From Octopus bimaculoides (Eukaryota): 51,402 nucleotides of DNA. Location of the stretch: NCBI RefSeq assembly GCF_001194135.2, contig NC_068983.1:59330893-59382294 (forward strand), given 5' to 3'. Both the position numbers and the translations under genes were made by a program. The notes beneath the pieces are model-generated. The model did not search any database. It was not told the DNA's origin and saw nothing but the letters and a program-made list of their open reading frames with translations. Below, piece after piece: positions 36,280 through 48,172 of the stretch; position 1 is the stretch's first letter, and the number at the start of each line of letters is the position of its first letter.

Positions 36280-38136
36280 TAAGGGTCAATACATTTATCA
36301 TCTGTATGGTAATGTTGAGTCAATCCAAGTTATCATATACCCAGCACAGAGTGTAGATGATCAGTAGAGCAACATTTCATGTCTGTACACAGCTGGCCAT
36401 TAAAGTTGTTCCTGGATATCCAACCCAGGTGTACACATATTGTCGGGGATCTACAGGAGTGCACTACTAATAAGGTCTTATTTAGCTCTCCAGTGATGTA
36501 CTCCAAATTGCATCTCTCTCTCTCTCTCTCTCCCTCTCGACATCAATGATTGAAAGAGCATTGCCATGGTGTCTATTAAAGACACAACTATAAAATAAAG
36601 TTGTATCTATACTTTTTTTCCAAGCACTGAGGCAAGAACTTATTACTATAAACTCAGATATATGATATATTTCAAAATTACAGAAAAACTAGTAGTTTCT
36701 GTGACAAGCATAGAAACTCTTGCTTCTATATTATTCACCCAGCTCTGCCATTCAATACATATCTTTACATAGTAAAAGTCTTTAGAATTCTGAAGTCATG
36801 ATGGCTGTTGTGCTTGCTTGTATAGTTTACATGTAAAACTAAGTGTTACATATAAGTGTGAAGTTGTGTTTGTTAGAATAGTTTATGTGTTACCTGAGTG
36901 TTATATTACAGGCATATATTTCAGTTTGGTTAGATATCTTCATAGAAATCATCAGGTGACAAAATAATATGTTTTAAGTCTGCCACAGATAAAATATCGG
37001 AGAATGAAGGAAATCATATAAGACTGCTTTTCAGTTTATCTCTCAAATGTTTTACTGCAATATCAAAATATACGTTCAATCACTGAACTAAAACTAAATA
37101 GAATTCATTTAGAAATAAATAGAAACATTTTTCTTTCTCTTTTGTAACCCCCTAAACAATGTACAAAATTCTTATGTTAGTCATTGCTTGACTCTAAGAA
37201 TTTTCCATAAATTTCCAATAATTGAATTTGTTACTCAGAAGATTTACCATTCTACTATTCTGAAATCAACTTATTTCCTTTATGAAGAATTTTTTGTGTA
37301 TTTTTTCCATTTTTCACAGATTTTGTATAATATTCTCACATTATAAATACATTCAATAATAACAGATCTCAACTGAAATTGAATTCTTAAATGATAGGGC
37401 TTGAGACATTCCGAAAAATGTATGAAATATTTAGTCATTTTTTTTTTTTTTTTTTTAAAGTATGTATTATTTTCATTATTATTTCCTACTTATTATCATC
37501 AGCATAAATATGTAAACTTTGGAAATGAAAACATTTTTTTTTCAGACAATTCAAACTGAAAGATAACATTTTAAGTAAACATTTTAAAACTGTTTTCTTT
37601 TTCTTCTACCTATTGTTATATTGTTATATACCTGAAATAGTCTCTCTCTCTATTATTTTCACTGAACATTTCTTTATCATTTTTTCTCTTTTCATTGTTT
37701 CTTTTTTTTCTTTTTATGCCTCCTAAAATATCTTTCCATCAAGTCATGTTGTTTAGGACAGAATTCAATATGAATGCAGAGCTTAAATCCAATTTGTCGA
37801 CATTGCTTGCATTTGTTTCTTCATATATTTAAAACAACAATATTATAAAAGAAAGAAAAAGAAAGAATATTTTAGTCTGAAGCACATTTTAAGTAGTTCA
37901 CTACTTTAACAATATATATTTCTGTAAGTTGCAGGGAAGGAAGATACTGAGAGCCAAAATAACTTTCCTACCATCAGCTATCATTATACAAGTAAAATTA
38001 TTCAAATAATATTAGGTTATAAACATTTCACTTATATATAGTTTAAGTATTCAATTTTAACCTTTTCTTGACCACATTTCTGTAGAAATGCACTGCTTTT
38101 TTTCAATTAATCTTCAAATTGAAAATGAAGAATTTC

Positions 38137-38317
38137 ATCATTATTTAACGTCAGTGCTTCACACTGGCATCAGTTGGATGGTTTGACAGGATTTAACAAA
38201 TCAGACAACTGAACTGAGTTCCGGTGTATGTTTTAGTGTTTATTCTATGATTGGATGCCCTTTCTAATACCACCCACTTTACAAAGTGTACTGGGTGCTT
38301 TTCCACATCGCTGGCAC
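38137..38317 (-). mobile_element. Family A element, diverged
   Basis: GGATGCCCTTTCTAATACCACCCACTTTACAAAGTGTACTGGGTGCTTTT. Confidence 0.7.
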
Positions 38318-38399
38318 TAATGAGATTACCAGGTAACTCACAAGGTAAGACCTCAATTGAGTGAGAGTGTAACATTGAGGGAGACGACATTATGCTAAA

Positions 38400-38575
38400 T
38401 GTTGAGAGACAAAGAGTAATTTAGTAGAAATAACTTTGTCATTATTAAACTGGTGTCTGGAACATAAATTAACATGGAATTTCGAGGCAAGGTTTTAATT
38501 GAAGATCAATTTTAAAAAGTTTATATCACAAAATCAAAAGGTTTTCTCAGGTGGGCTGGTATGGAAAGAGTTATA
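38400..38575 (-). mobile_element. piggyBac-type MITE, partial and diverged
   Basis: TTAGTAGAAATAACT...GGAACATAAATT...GGTATGGAAAGAGTTA aligns with the reverse complement of the 15481 MITE. Confidence 0.6.
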
Positions 38576-39030
38576 CTTTAAATACACACTGGTTATTGTG
38601 TAGAATAACTGCATGCTTTATAGTTTGCTTTTCCCCAGGTGCATAAACATAATTATATCAGTCGTGATTGCATATCAATTGGTTATTAAATATTACTAAT
38701 TGTCACTTTCCTATCATAGAGATTTCACTTCTAAAAATTTCCAAATCAACATGGAATTAAATATAAATCGATAATTTCATGCACTATTGACACCATCTTG
38801 TCAATACACCAAAATTTAAATGAAAATTTACTTTTAAGTTAGATTCAACACCAACCAACAAAAAATATGATTCATTATTTTAAACAGCTGTTATCTTTCC
38901 TAGTGATATTTATTGTCTACAATTTTTCTGTCACATGGAAATTACATACAATATCTCCTGCCTAACACTTGCTTATTCTGCTGAATAAGTCCTTCAGATT
39001 CTTTAATTTAATTATAATACAAAAAAAAAT

Positions 39031-39298
39031 CATTCGAGCAAGGTCATTGCCTGTGCAGGTGGCATGTGAAAAACACCATTTTGAGCATGGCCGTTGCCAG
39101 TACTGCTTGACTGACCCTTGTGCTGGTGGCACATAAAAGCACCCACTACACTCTCAGAGTGGTTGGCATTAGGAAGGGCATCCAGCTGTAGAAACTCTGC
39201 CAGATCAGAGTGGAGCCTGGTGCAGCCATCTGGTTCGCCAGTCCTCAGTCAAATCGTTCAACCCATGCTAGCATGGAAAGCGGATGTTAAACGATGAT
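39031..39298 (+). mobile_element. Family A element with ~65-bp 5' modules
   Basis: GGTGGCATGTGAAAAACACC and GGTGGCACATAAAAGCACC modules, core and tail. Confidence 0.85.
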
Positions 39299-39309
39299 GC
39301 ATTGTGTGT

Positions 39310-39660
39310 AAATGGGGTGTTTGCAAAAACCTATGAGCATTGCATGTGATGACTCAAAGGCGATGTCAATGAATTTAAACAAAGAGAAAAGATATTGTAT
39401 TACTTTACACACGTTTAATATTCCAATAATATTTCGGGAAAAATTTGCCTTTTCAAGTAATCCAGGAGAAAGAAATAACCAAAGAGTTCAGCAGGCCATT
39501 ATCAAGTGTTTTGTGATGAAAAGCATTTTCCTAAAATATTTTAGGATCATTTAGCAACCCATGTAAGGTAATACAAAATCCTTTCTCTTTGTTTTTCTTC
39601 ATTGACATCACCTGACATATGTTGCCTAAGCCCTCACCTGCACTCCTCAAAAATCTGAAT
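39310..39660 (+). mobile_element. Probable mariner-derived MITE
   Basis: ~55-bp inverted repeats (39355-39408 vs 39563-39617: GATGTCAATGAA..AAACAAAGAGAAA.GAT.TTGTATTAC); interior encodes QRVQQAIIKCFVMKS, like the mariner N-terminal QRAVIKF motif. Confidence 0.5.
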
Positions 39661-39669
39661 ACAGACGAT

Positions 39670-39919
39670 CTTTCTTTTATTCTTTTACTTGTTTCAATCA
39701 TTTGATTGTGGCCATGCTGGCGCATCGCCTTTAATCAAACAATTCGACCCCAGGATTTATTCTTTGTAAGTCTAGTATTTATTCTAGCAGTCTCTTTTGC
39801 TGAAACACTAAGTTACGGGGGATGAAAACACACCAACATCAGCTGTCAAGCAATGGTGGGAGGGACAAACACAGACACACAAACATAACACACAAACACA
39901 CATACACACACACACACAC

Positions 39920-39955
<36 letters not shown>

Positions 39956-40120
39956 ATACGATGGGCTTCTTTCAGTTTCTATCTACCAAATCCACTCACA
40001 AGGCTTTGGTCAGCCCAAGGCTCTAGTAGAAGACACTTACCCAAAGTGCCACACAGTGGGACTGAACCTGGAACTATGTGGCTGGTAAGCAAGCTACTTA
40101 CCTCACAGCCACTCCTGCAC
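39670..40120 (-). mobile_element. Family B SINE, full length
   Basis: Head, internal (CA)(TA)(TG) array and tail. Confidence 0.9.
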
Positions 40121-40261
40121 CTATGTTAGTCATCTTCAGAAAGTAAAACAGAACTAATTTTTCAATTTATGTAAAAGAATTTGTTTCTGAAAACATCAAA
40201 ATGTTACAAATGCTAGAACAAACCATCACAACCAAACATGAATAGAATAACATCCAAGCCA

Positions 40262-40385
40262 ATAAGTGAACCTTCATGAAGTCACATGACCTGCTAGAAA
40301 TAGCAGCTAAATCTCTAAATCACTCCCCGTGTCAGAAATGGATATACAAAAAGACAGAGTAGTCATGGTTGTAATATCATTAATA
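40262..40385 (-). mobile_element. Family D fragment
   Basis: Minus strand GATTTAGCTGCTATTTCTAGCAGGTCATGTGAC. Confidence 0.55.
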
Positions 40386-41381
40386 ATAAATCTGTTCAAA
40401 CAGAAGGATTATTGTCTAATGTTACCAGATCTATTATTATCAAAGGTGAAACAACCACAATTAGAAAACGCTACCTTAAAATTGTAGTACAATAGATACA
40501 GTATATTTTTTTTCTCAACAGATAAGAAAGGTTTCTATTCCAGTAAGTTGGCACCACTTTTAAAAAGCACAAATATATTCAACTGTTGAACACAGCTTCC
40601 ATATATGTGAATACAGATCTTTCTATGGCCATTAGATTTTTAACTTGCTGATTTGTAGATTTTCTTCTCTCTTACTCTTTCTTTATACATACATATCTAC
40701 CATTTCTTTGATTGCCTCTTCTGCAAATATCCATTCATTCTCTGCAACTGATCAAGTGCAGAAACTATTTGAGTACCAAGCAGTCAAAGAAATAACAGTC
40801 TCTGTTAAGATTTCAGTTACTTTGTAAAGAAAAGGGAACAGTGATTGCATTAAATGTGCAACAAAGAATGTGAGATTACAGCAGCATATGCAGCAACCGA
40901 CAAAAATATGTTGAATGTGTCCATTAGATTTAGAATAAGATTTTTATAACCAAAAAGAATACAGATGGGTTGAGATTGAAAGTAAGTAGATACCAAAAGA
41001 GGAAAAAAAACAAGTCTGAATCAACTAATCGTGGTCTGTAACAGCAAAGATTATTTCATAAGCACAGTGCTAATAATAATTGGTACGATAAAAAAAACAC
41101 ACACACAAGGGTTTTTCCAATTCTACACATTGTTCAAAAAAATAGTCTGTTCAACAGAGTTCACATCCTACACAAGACAATATTAATTCAAAAGCACAAC
41201 TCACATAATACTATTTTTTGCACAATTCACACTACACTTACCCCACACACTTATTGCATACTAAAATAACACAAATTACACAACACATACTCTTCAGAAT
41301 AACTACCCAATCACATAACACAACCCACAGAGCACACATCTTATGCAATCACCAGCTTATATAACACAGCATCATCATCAT

Positions 41382-41500
41382 TAAGGTGGCAAGCTGGCAG
41401 AATCGTTAGCACACCAGGTGAAATGCTGAGCAGCATTTCATCTGTCTTTAATTTCTGAGTTCGAATTCCCCCAAGATCAACTTTCAGTACCAGTTGAACA
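41382..41500 (+). mobile_element. Family C SINE, internally deleted
   Basis: GGTGGCAAGCTGGCAGAATCGTTAGC...GAGTTCGAATTCC. Confidence 0.8.
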
Positions 41501-41502
41501 CT

Positions 41503-41625
41503 CTTTACATTATTTACATTATTTACATTTGACGGATATTCGTCCTCGTCTTGTTTGTTGTTAACACAACGTTTTGGCTGATATACCCGCCAGCCTTCAT
41601 CAGGTGTCTTGGGGAAATTTCGAAT
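41503..41625 (-). mobile_element. Penelope-like pLTR fragment carrying a hammerhead motif
   Basis: Hammerhead motif followed by an (AATGTAAAT)n tail on the minus strand. Confidence 0.6.
41563..41609 (-). ncRNA. Minimal type I hammerhead ribozyme, G12 to A variant (probably inactive)
   Basis: AGACAC CUGAUGA A GGCUG-(10 nt)-CAGCC AAAAC GUU^GUGUU; stem I GACAC/GUGUU, stem II 5 bp, stem III the ACGU palindrome. Confidence 0.75.
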
Positions 41626-41784
41626 GTTGTCTCATCTTTGCTATGTGTTTTATTTCCAGGTAGTCATTGTGTAGAGTACAGGTTGTGTAAGTTCTGTAAT
41701 ATTATTAGGTGGACAGTATGAAGTTATGTGAGTCATTGATGTGTGGTATGTGTCACAGTATCAAGTTTTAACTTTGTAATCATA

Positions 41785-41938
41785 GGCTCAGGAATGGCTA
41801 TGTGATTAAGAAGGTCACTTCCCAACCACATGGTTTCAAGCTCAAGCCCACTACATGGCACCTTGGAAAAGTGTTGTCTATTATAGCTTGAGTTTGGGTA
41901 AAGCCTTGTTAGTGGATTTGGTAGACAGAAACTGGAAA

Positions 41939-41985
<47 letters not shown>
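41785..41985 (+). mobile_element. Family B SINE 5' half with (GT)n
   Basis: CCCAACCACATGGTTTCAAGCTCAAG...GGATTTGGTAGACAGAAACTGG. Confidence 0.8.
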
Positions 41986-41990
<5 letters not shown>

Positions 41991-42109
41991 GAGTTGTTTA
42001 CATTTGCACTCTTTCAAAGTTGTGAGGTGTGAGCAGTATAGTTGACACTTCTAGTGTCAACAATTTGTTTGCCAGCTTTGCACCTTAAATGACTTGTGAA
42101 ATAAAAGAT

Positions 42110-42222
42110 CCCTTACTTGAAAAACAGGTAATGGTTAGCAGCAGGAAAGGCTTCAGGATGTGAAACAATGTCTCAGTAATACATTTGTCTAACCCACACT
42201 TGCATAGAAAAGATGGATGTAA
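42110..42222 (+). mobile_element. Family A-related subfamily fragment
   Basis: GGTTAGCAGCAGGAAAGGCTTCAGG...TAACCCACACTTGCATAGAAAAGATGGATGTAAAA. Confidence 0.5.
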
Positions 42223-42361
42223 AAACAAACAAAGATATGGGTTTCAAATTTCAGCGCAAGGCCAGCAAATTTAGGGAATTGTTCAACTGGAACTAAAACA
42301 CATAACAATGATGAGACAACATATACAAATCACAATCACATCCAGTAAAATAATACACCTT

Positions 42362-42670
42362 AATTGGCACTCTGTCGGTTACAATGACAAGGGTTCTAGT
42401 TGATCCAATCAATGGAACACCTGTTCATATAATTAACATGTGAGTGGCAGACATGTATAACCTTAACATGGTTCTCAGGGAGATTCAGTGTGACAAAGAA
42501 TGGGACAAGGCTGGCCCTTTGAAATACAGGTAAAACTCATTTTTGCCAGCCGAGCAGACGGGAACAACATGAAATAAAGTGTCTTGCTCAAGGAGAAAAC
42601 ACACTATTAAGAATCGAACTCATGACCTTACAATCATGAGCCGAATACCCCAGCCTCTGAACCAAGTACC
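42362..42670 (-). mobile_element. Family E-like tRNA-derived SINE, full length
   Basis: Minus strand GAGTTCGATTC B-box, CCTTGAGCAAGACACTTTATTTCATG core, tail GTAACCGACAGAGTGCC. Confidence 0.7.
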
Positions 42671-42989
42671 TTCATCTTACATTGATTGCATTCTACACAA
42701 CAATCACATGAAGCACAAACGTAAGGATAGAATTTAAAAAAGAAAGCTCCCATAACATAGTAAAACTGGTGTAGTGCAATTTGTTCCACTTTTTATAATG
42801 CTAGAGTGGATTAGATGAATATGTTATTACGCCATTGTTTTATAATCAAATGATGCTCTCTTCTTGTCACCGACCTTTACCTGTTTCTCAGGTAAACAAA
42901 CTTATTTCTGAACAGATGATTTGCTGACACTAGAAATAACACTACTGCTATTAGTTTGCAACATTCACAGGTGTGTAGATGTAAATAAA

Positions 42990-43185
42990 TACACACACAC
43001 GTGCACATATACATATATATTTACATACAATGGGCTTCGTTCAGTTTTCATCTACCAAATCTGCTTAGAGAGACTTGAGCATTCTGAAATTTTGTCAAAG
43101 TCACTAGTCAAGATTCTACACAGTGGAACCAAACCCAAAACCACATGGTTGAGAAGCAAACTTTTCTTCCAGACAGCTACACCTG
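42990..43185 (-). mobile_element. Family B SINE 5' half
   Basis: GGGCTTCGTTCAGTTTTCATCTACCAAATC...AACCACATGGTTGAGAAGCAAAC. Confidence 0.75.
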
Positions 43186-43438
43186 CACCTATAGGAACAA
43201 AGCATAGAAACCTAATTCTACACCTTAATTAAGAATGCTGTACTCATACACACAAGGTAACAAGGAGGTGCTCCAATTGGTACAACAGGAACTCACATAA
43301 AACAGTTGAAAACCAACACAAAACCTCGACGATACCAGCAACAAAAGAAACAACTAGAAATAATATAGAGATTACCTTGCCATCACCCTGCATTGTTGCT
43401 TCTTGAATCAATTACAAATCATTTACAGAGTGTACTGA

Positions 43439-43448
43439 NNNNNNNNNN
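43439..43448. other. Assembly gap (10 N)
   Basis: Ns in sequence. Confidence 1.
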
Positions 43449-44204
43449 GTTGTGGTGACAGCACTTCTGGAGTTGTGTTATAGCTTGTAAAGCAAAAGAG
43501 GGCACTCTATGATGGACAAGAACAAACTGCAAAAAGGATGTTACTGGAGAGAATAACAAGGAACTGTGTTGGGAAGGGAGTGAAGGAGACACAGGAGAGG
43601 AAGAGTAATGCCAGGAGTTAGTATGAAGGAAGAGGAGGGAGCAAATGTGGCAATGGTAGTGGGGTGAGGTGAGTAGGTGGACGTAGTGATAGGATGAGTT
43701 AGTCCACCTGGCATAAGAGCATAGGTTGGACAATCTGCTAGGGTTCAAGACATTTTATTGGCAACATAAAGGTTTAATGTCGAGGAGGGTAGAGACACAA
43801 TTGGGAGAGTAGATAATAGGTGGGAGGTAAATAGCAATTGCAGAAGGTTAGTGAGAAAGGGATGAAACAGCAGAAGGTTGATGCAGTGTGATTCCACTTT
43901 AAATATTTATGCATATAAATATATGCATGCAGTTTTGTGTTAATGTCTATATTTACCAGTGTTGTGTCAAAAAGTGAAACTATGCAGTTCAATAAATGGA
44001 GATCTATAAAATAAGCATCAAATTGACATCAATACTGGCATTGATCTGATTGATTAAAAAGCTTGAAGGCAGTTTCCCAGCATGGCTGCAGGATAATGAC
44101 AAAAAAAAAAGAAGACAGAAAGAAGAAAAAGCACTAAAAGTAAGTATACAGTTATTCATTACACAATCGAATATTATACCTTGTTACCAAAGCAACAATT
44201 GTGG

Positions 44205-44510
44205 TCAGGTCGCTCTTGAACGCTACTGGTAACATGTAATCCAGTACAGCCTGTCGCAGGTGTTGTCGGCGACTAAACTGGCAACCCCATCAAGTTTGCT
44301 TGGTGAAGAGGGTGATTGTGGGATGAAAAATAAGACCAGTTCAAAGGGCAGAAGAACTATTGTGTAGTCAATGGCCAATTCAACAAGTACCTTGTCGCGG
44401 TGAAGTGCTTGTGTGATCCATTGACTCAGGGAACTATGCTGGAGGGAGAGAAATCTTTAGGTAGGTCTTACTAGGCCAGACAGGTCGAAGGGAAAGAGAC
44501 AAACAAAACC
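44205..44510 (+). mobile_element. Probable 5' UTR remnant of an RTE-clade LINE
   Basis: CCTTGTCGCGGTGAAGTGCTTGTGTG...CTATGCTGG...GGTAGG...GCCAGACAGGTCGAAGG resembles RTE/BovB-type 5' ends as I recall them; locally CpG-rich. Not confirmed by alignment. Confidence 0.5.
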
Positions 44511-44859
44511 TTAACCATTAGAGGAGTAAACTTCAATGACAATAAATCGAAGTGTTGGCAGCAGGGCATGGATTTAATTATTGGCAGGACCTAACAGATC
44601 AGATTCCTGGCTTTGAACTAGCAGGATGTCATGCAGAGGATCTTAAATACAAGAAAATGGATGAGACCCTAATATTTCTAGTTAGATGGAAACTGCGGGA
44701 CCACATGGTGCAGCACCCTGTGACTCTTATACTATGTGCAACCAAAATCCCTATGGGGATGTCCTATGGGATGACATAGATGAGATGAGACAAAGCAACA
44801 AATGGATAGAATTGTAAGAGCATCAGAAAATAATGCCCTGTAGTATTGTTTTGATTCTT

Positions 44860-44990
44860 TATGATCAGAGGTCAACTTTACCTGTCATCATTTCTAGTCA
44901 ATAAAATAAAATACCAGTCAAGTACTGAAATTGATGGTATCAACTTAACCCCTCCCCTCGAAACTGCTGTCCTTGTACCTAAATCCGAAT
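44860..44990 (+). mobile_element. Family C SINE 3' part, diverged
   Basis: GAGGTCAACTTTACCTGTCATC...AAATACCAG...CTTAACCCCTCCCC. Confidence 0.6.
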
Positions 44991-46127
44991 CCACTCCATC
45001 TTGCCACAAACACCATCATACCGAAACTCGAAACTCGTGTATACTTATCTCCATGAGCCAAGATATACAAAAGGAAAGAAAAGTTATTAAATGTACCAGA
45101 TGCCCAATGAATGCATTTGTTTTATGTGTACATACAATCATCATAAAATGGTGATAAGCTGCCATAGAACCAAGATTTACAACCGTTCTGCAGACATTTC
45201 ATTGTATTTCCTTTTAGGACACTTTAAACTCCATTGTCTCAGTCTGGTTAGTTGGTGGGAATAGTTTTAGCAAATTTTCCTGAGCTGGTCATTCATTAAT
45301 AGATAACTCTGGATCTCATAAGGTAAGCACTTGACTATTTATTGTACAGTTCCACAAGATAAATAAACATTTACTACGTTTTCTCAAATAAAATTATATC
45401 AGCTATTTTTATCAACTGCTCTTCCTGTGTCTCAAGAGTAACAGAAAAAGAAGCTAGAATAAAAGCTGTCCTAGAATTGACTCCCTCATACACTAATTTC
45501 CAGCTATGTTTAATAAATCCGCCAAACATTCAGATAAATTCTCAAGTATTTTACAGCTGCTAATTCCCACCTCCAGAGCACTTAAAACATTAATTCAATA
45601 TCAGGTTTCTTGTGTACAAAGCCATTTTCTATTCGATTGCCATCTAATAAACTAAAACCATTTTGGTTTTGTTTAGATACAGCTGAAGTAAGTAAATGAA
45701 TACTCACGTCTTTCCCATCTTATTGAACTTGTTATAATAGTTATTTAACTTATTTCAGGTAACTTAAATAACTCTCATTCAGTCAAGGATTTTGTGACTA
45801 GAGCCAAAAATTATAAGTCTACAGTTAAACCAGTTGCCTGAATTCGAATTCCTCACAGACAGTTTATTCTACAAAACATCGTATTTAGCTGTATATTAAA
45901 CTGTGTATCAAATTATGATCTAGACATTCATGTTTCATAGTAATGATATAACACATTTTATAGCGAGGTCATGCTCCCCATTACTGTCTCCCATTGCACT
46001 TAACTGCTCAGAGCTAGGAATTCAAATGTCTTTTTAATAGTCACTTCGTTATTATAGTGACAGGGAATGAATTGTTAGCTAACTATTACTTGCATTGTAC
46101 CATTTGATACTGCATGACTTGTGTGTG

Positions 46128-46183
<56 letters not shown>

Positions 46184-46398
46184 GAGAGTAATTGTTTGTA
46201 TTCCATGCACAAATGCCAAGATCTGTTTATAATCACGTTATTGAAGAGGATTATTTACTCATACTGAACAACTTCATGTGGTTGATGTTCATAAAAATTT
46301 TCATCAGTGAGTTGAAATAATGAATGGAGTGGGGTTAGAGTGGTTAAAAGAATATCAGAGTATTCAACTGGTTAGTTGGACAAGTGATTTGTTTAGAT

Positions 46399-47005
46399 CA
46401 GTGGTTCTCAACTAGGGTTTGTATGGCCCTTGGGGATCCAGATAAGATTTTGTTGTTAAAATTTATCTGCCATAAATTGGTTATATTTTTACAATGTACA
46501 AAATATTTTAATAATTATTTTTATACAATTAGAACATTACTATTTTTTAAAATCTCACAACGAGAGATATTCAGCAACAGTACTTTGGAGTAAAGATTAT
46601 TTGCCAACATAACATGGTAGTCCTGGTTTAGGACTAATGTTGCTGTAGTTTAGCCCCAAGAGACATCATCTCCAGCTGGCTATACAACACGATCTGAGTC
46701 CTTATATTTTCGAACAAAGGAATCTACCACCCCAACAGATATTGTTTTGAGTTGAGTGGGGTTGCTAGATCGTGTCATGTAGCCAGTTGGAGACAATGTC
46801 TCCTGGGGCTAAATTACAGCAACATTCGTCCTAAACCAGGACTGCCATGTTATGTTGGCAAACAATCTTTATTTTTATACAATTTCTAATAATATTTAAT
46901 TATGAAAATATAATAGGAATTTTTTAACATCAAATGGCTAGAGGGTCCATCCAAATAAAATCAAAGGAGTTCATAGGTTTTTTAAAAAATGGTTGAGAAC
47001 CACTG
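46399..47005. mobile_element. hAT (Charlie-type) MITE
   Basis: Perfect 14-bp TIR CAGTGGTTCTCAAC / GTTGAGAACCACTG; 8-bp TSD GTTTAGAT (46391-46398) / GGTTAGAT (47006-47013). Confidence 0.9.
46591..46871. mobile_element. Long-TIR MITE nested in the hAT MITE
   Basis: ~105-bp inverted arms, TA at both ends (TAAAGATT...AATCTTTA); a related arm fragment lies at about 10282-10320. Confidence 0.85.
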
Positions 47006-47184
47006 GGTTAGATAATGAGATCCATTCTCTCTGAAAGGCCTCAGCAGGTGGTTTTGCCCTAGACTTAATGTTACATGTTACTAATGACTTCCATTATGTT
47101 AATTAGCAAACAATGTTCACTCATTCTGATTCAGAAAGGATGTGAGAAGATAAGTTAAATAAGCTGAATATATTATACATAAGT

Positions 47185-47360
47185 GCAAGAATGGCTGTGT
47201 GGTTAAGAAGTGTTTTGCAACCACATGGTTTTAGGTTCAGTCCCAATGCCCTGCATGCCACGCAAGTGACTGATACTATTGCCTATGGCCAATCAATGTC
47301 TTTCAAGTGAATTTGGCATCTGGAAACTCTGTGGATTTCCATTATATATGTATGTGTGTG
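47185..47360 (+). mobile_element. Family B SINE 5' half, diverged
   Basis: AATGGCTGTGTGGTTAAGAAG...GGTTCAGTCCC. Confidence 0.7.
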
Positions 47361-47499
47361 TTGGTTTGTTTACATCTTTGTAACAGTTCGGAAAAAGCGA
47401 GTGAAATAATAGACACCATAATAGTAATATGGCTAATTTCTTATTTTCATTTCTCCACCATCAATTGGTAAAATAATTCTTTTAACTTCATGTCATCTG

Positions 47500-47695
47500 A
47501 AATTGAATAGGCCTTTGGTCAAATGGCATTCTAGCCATGCCTATCATGACTTTTTATATACCAAGGACTATATTATCCAATATGATCATATTATTTTTAG
47601 ACAGCAGGGTGAAACTTGAGAGAGATTTGGTGGCTATTTTAGGCAGGTTGAGTTACCAGTCGAAAGGCAGTAGAATGTTCCCTGGAGGCTTTACA
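47500..47695 (+). mobile_element. Family D fragment
   Basis: GGCATTCTAGCCATG...GAGAGATTTGGTGGCTATTTTAGGCAGG. Confidence 0.55.
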
Positions 47696-47864
47696 AAATC
47701 TAATCCAGCATTTGGTTATTCTAATTTAAATCTCCACTGAGATTAACTTAGCTTTCATAGTCTTGGTGGCATAAAGTCAGGATGTGAATTGTTTATAAAA
47801 CAGGACTCTTTGACTGTGATCAACAAATTGATATCATTACATACTTTTTTCCATCTTTAGAAAC

Positions 47865-48075
47865 TTTTGATTTTTCTTTGTATCATTCATTGGACTGCAG
47901 CCATACTGGAGCACTGCCTTGAAGTGTTTTAGTTCAATAAATAGATACCCTTTCATTTTCTTTGTAAGTCGAGTATGTTTCTATTAGTCTCTTTTATTGT
48001 TAAGTTACAGGAACATAAACAAACCAACACCAGTTTTCAAGTGGGGGTGATACAGACAGACAGACACACATGCAT

Positions 48076-48165
<90 letters not shown>
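47865..48165 (-). mobile_element. Family B SINE 3' half ending in a long (CA)n
   Basis: Tail and GATAG/ACTAATAG region on minus; (CA)n at about 48077-48163. Confidence 0.7.
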
Positions 48166-48167
<2 letters not shown>

Positions 48168-48172
48168 GTATA

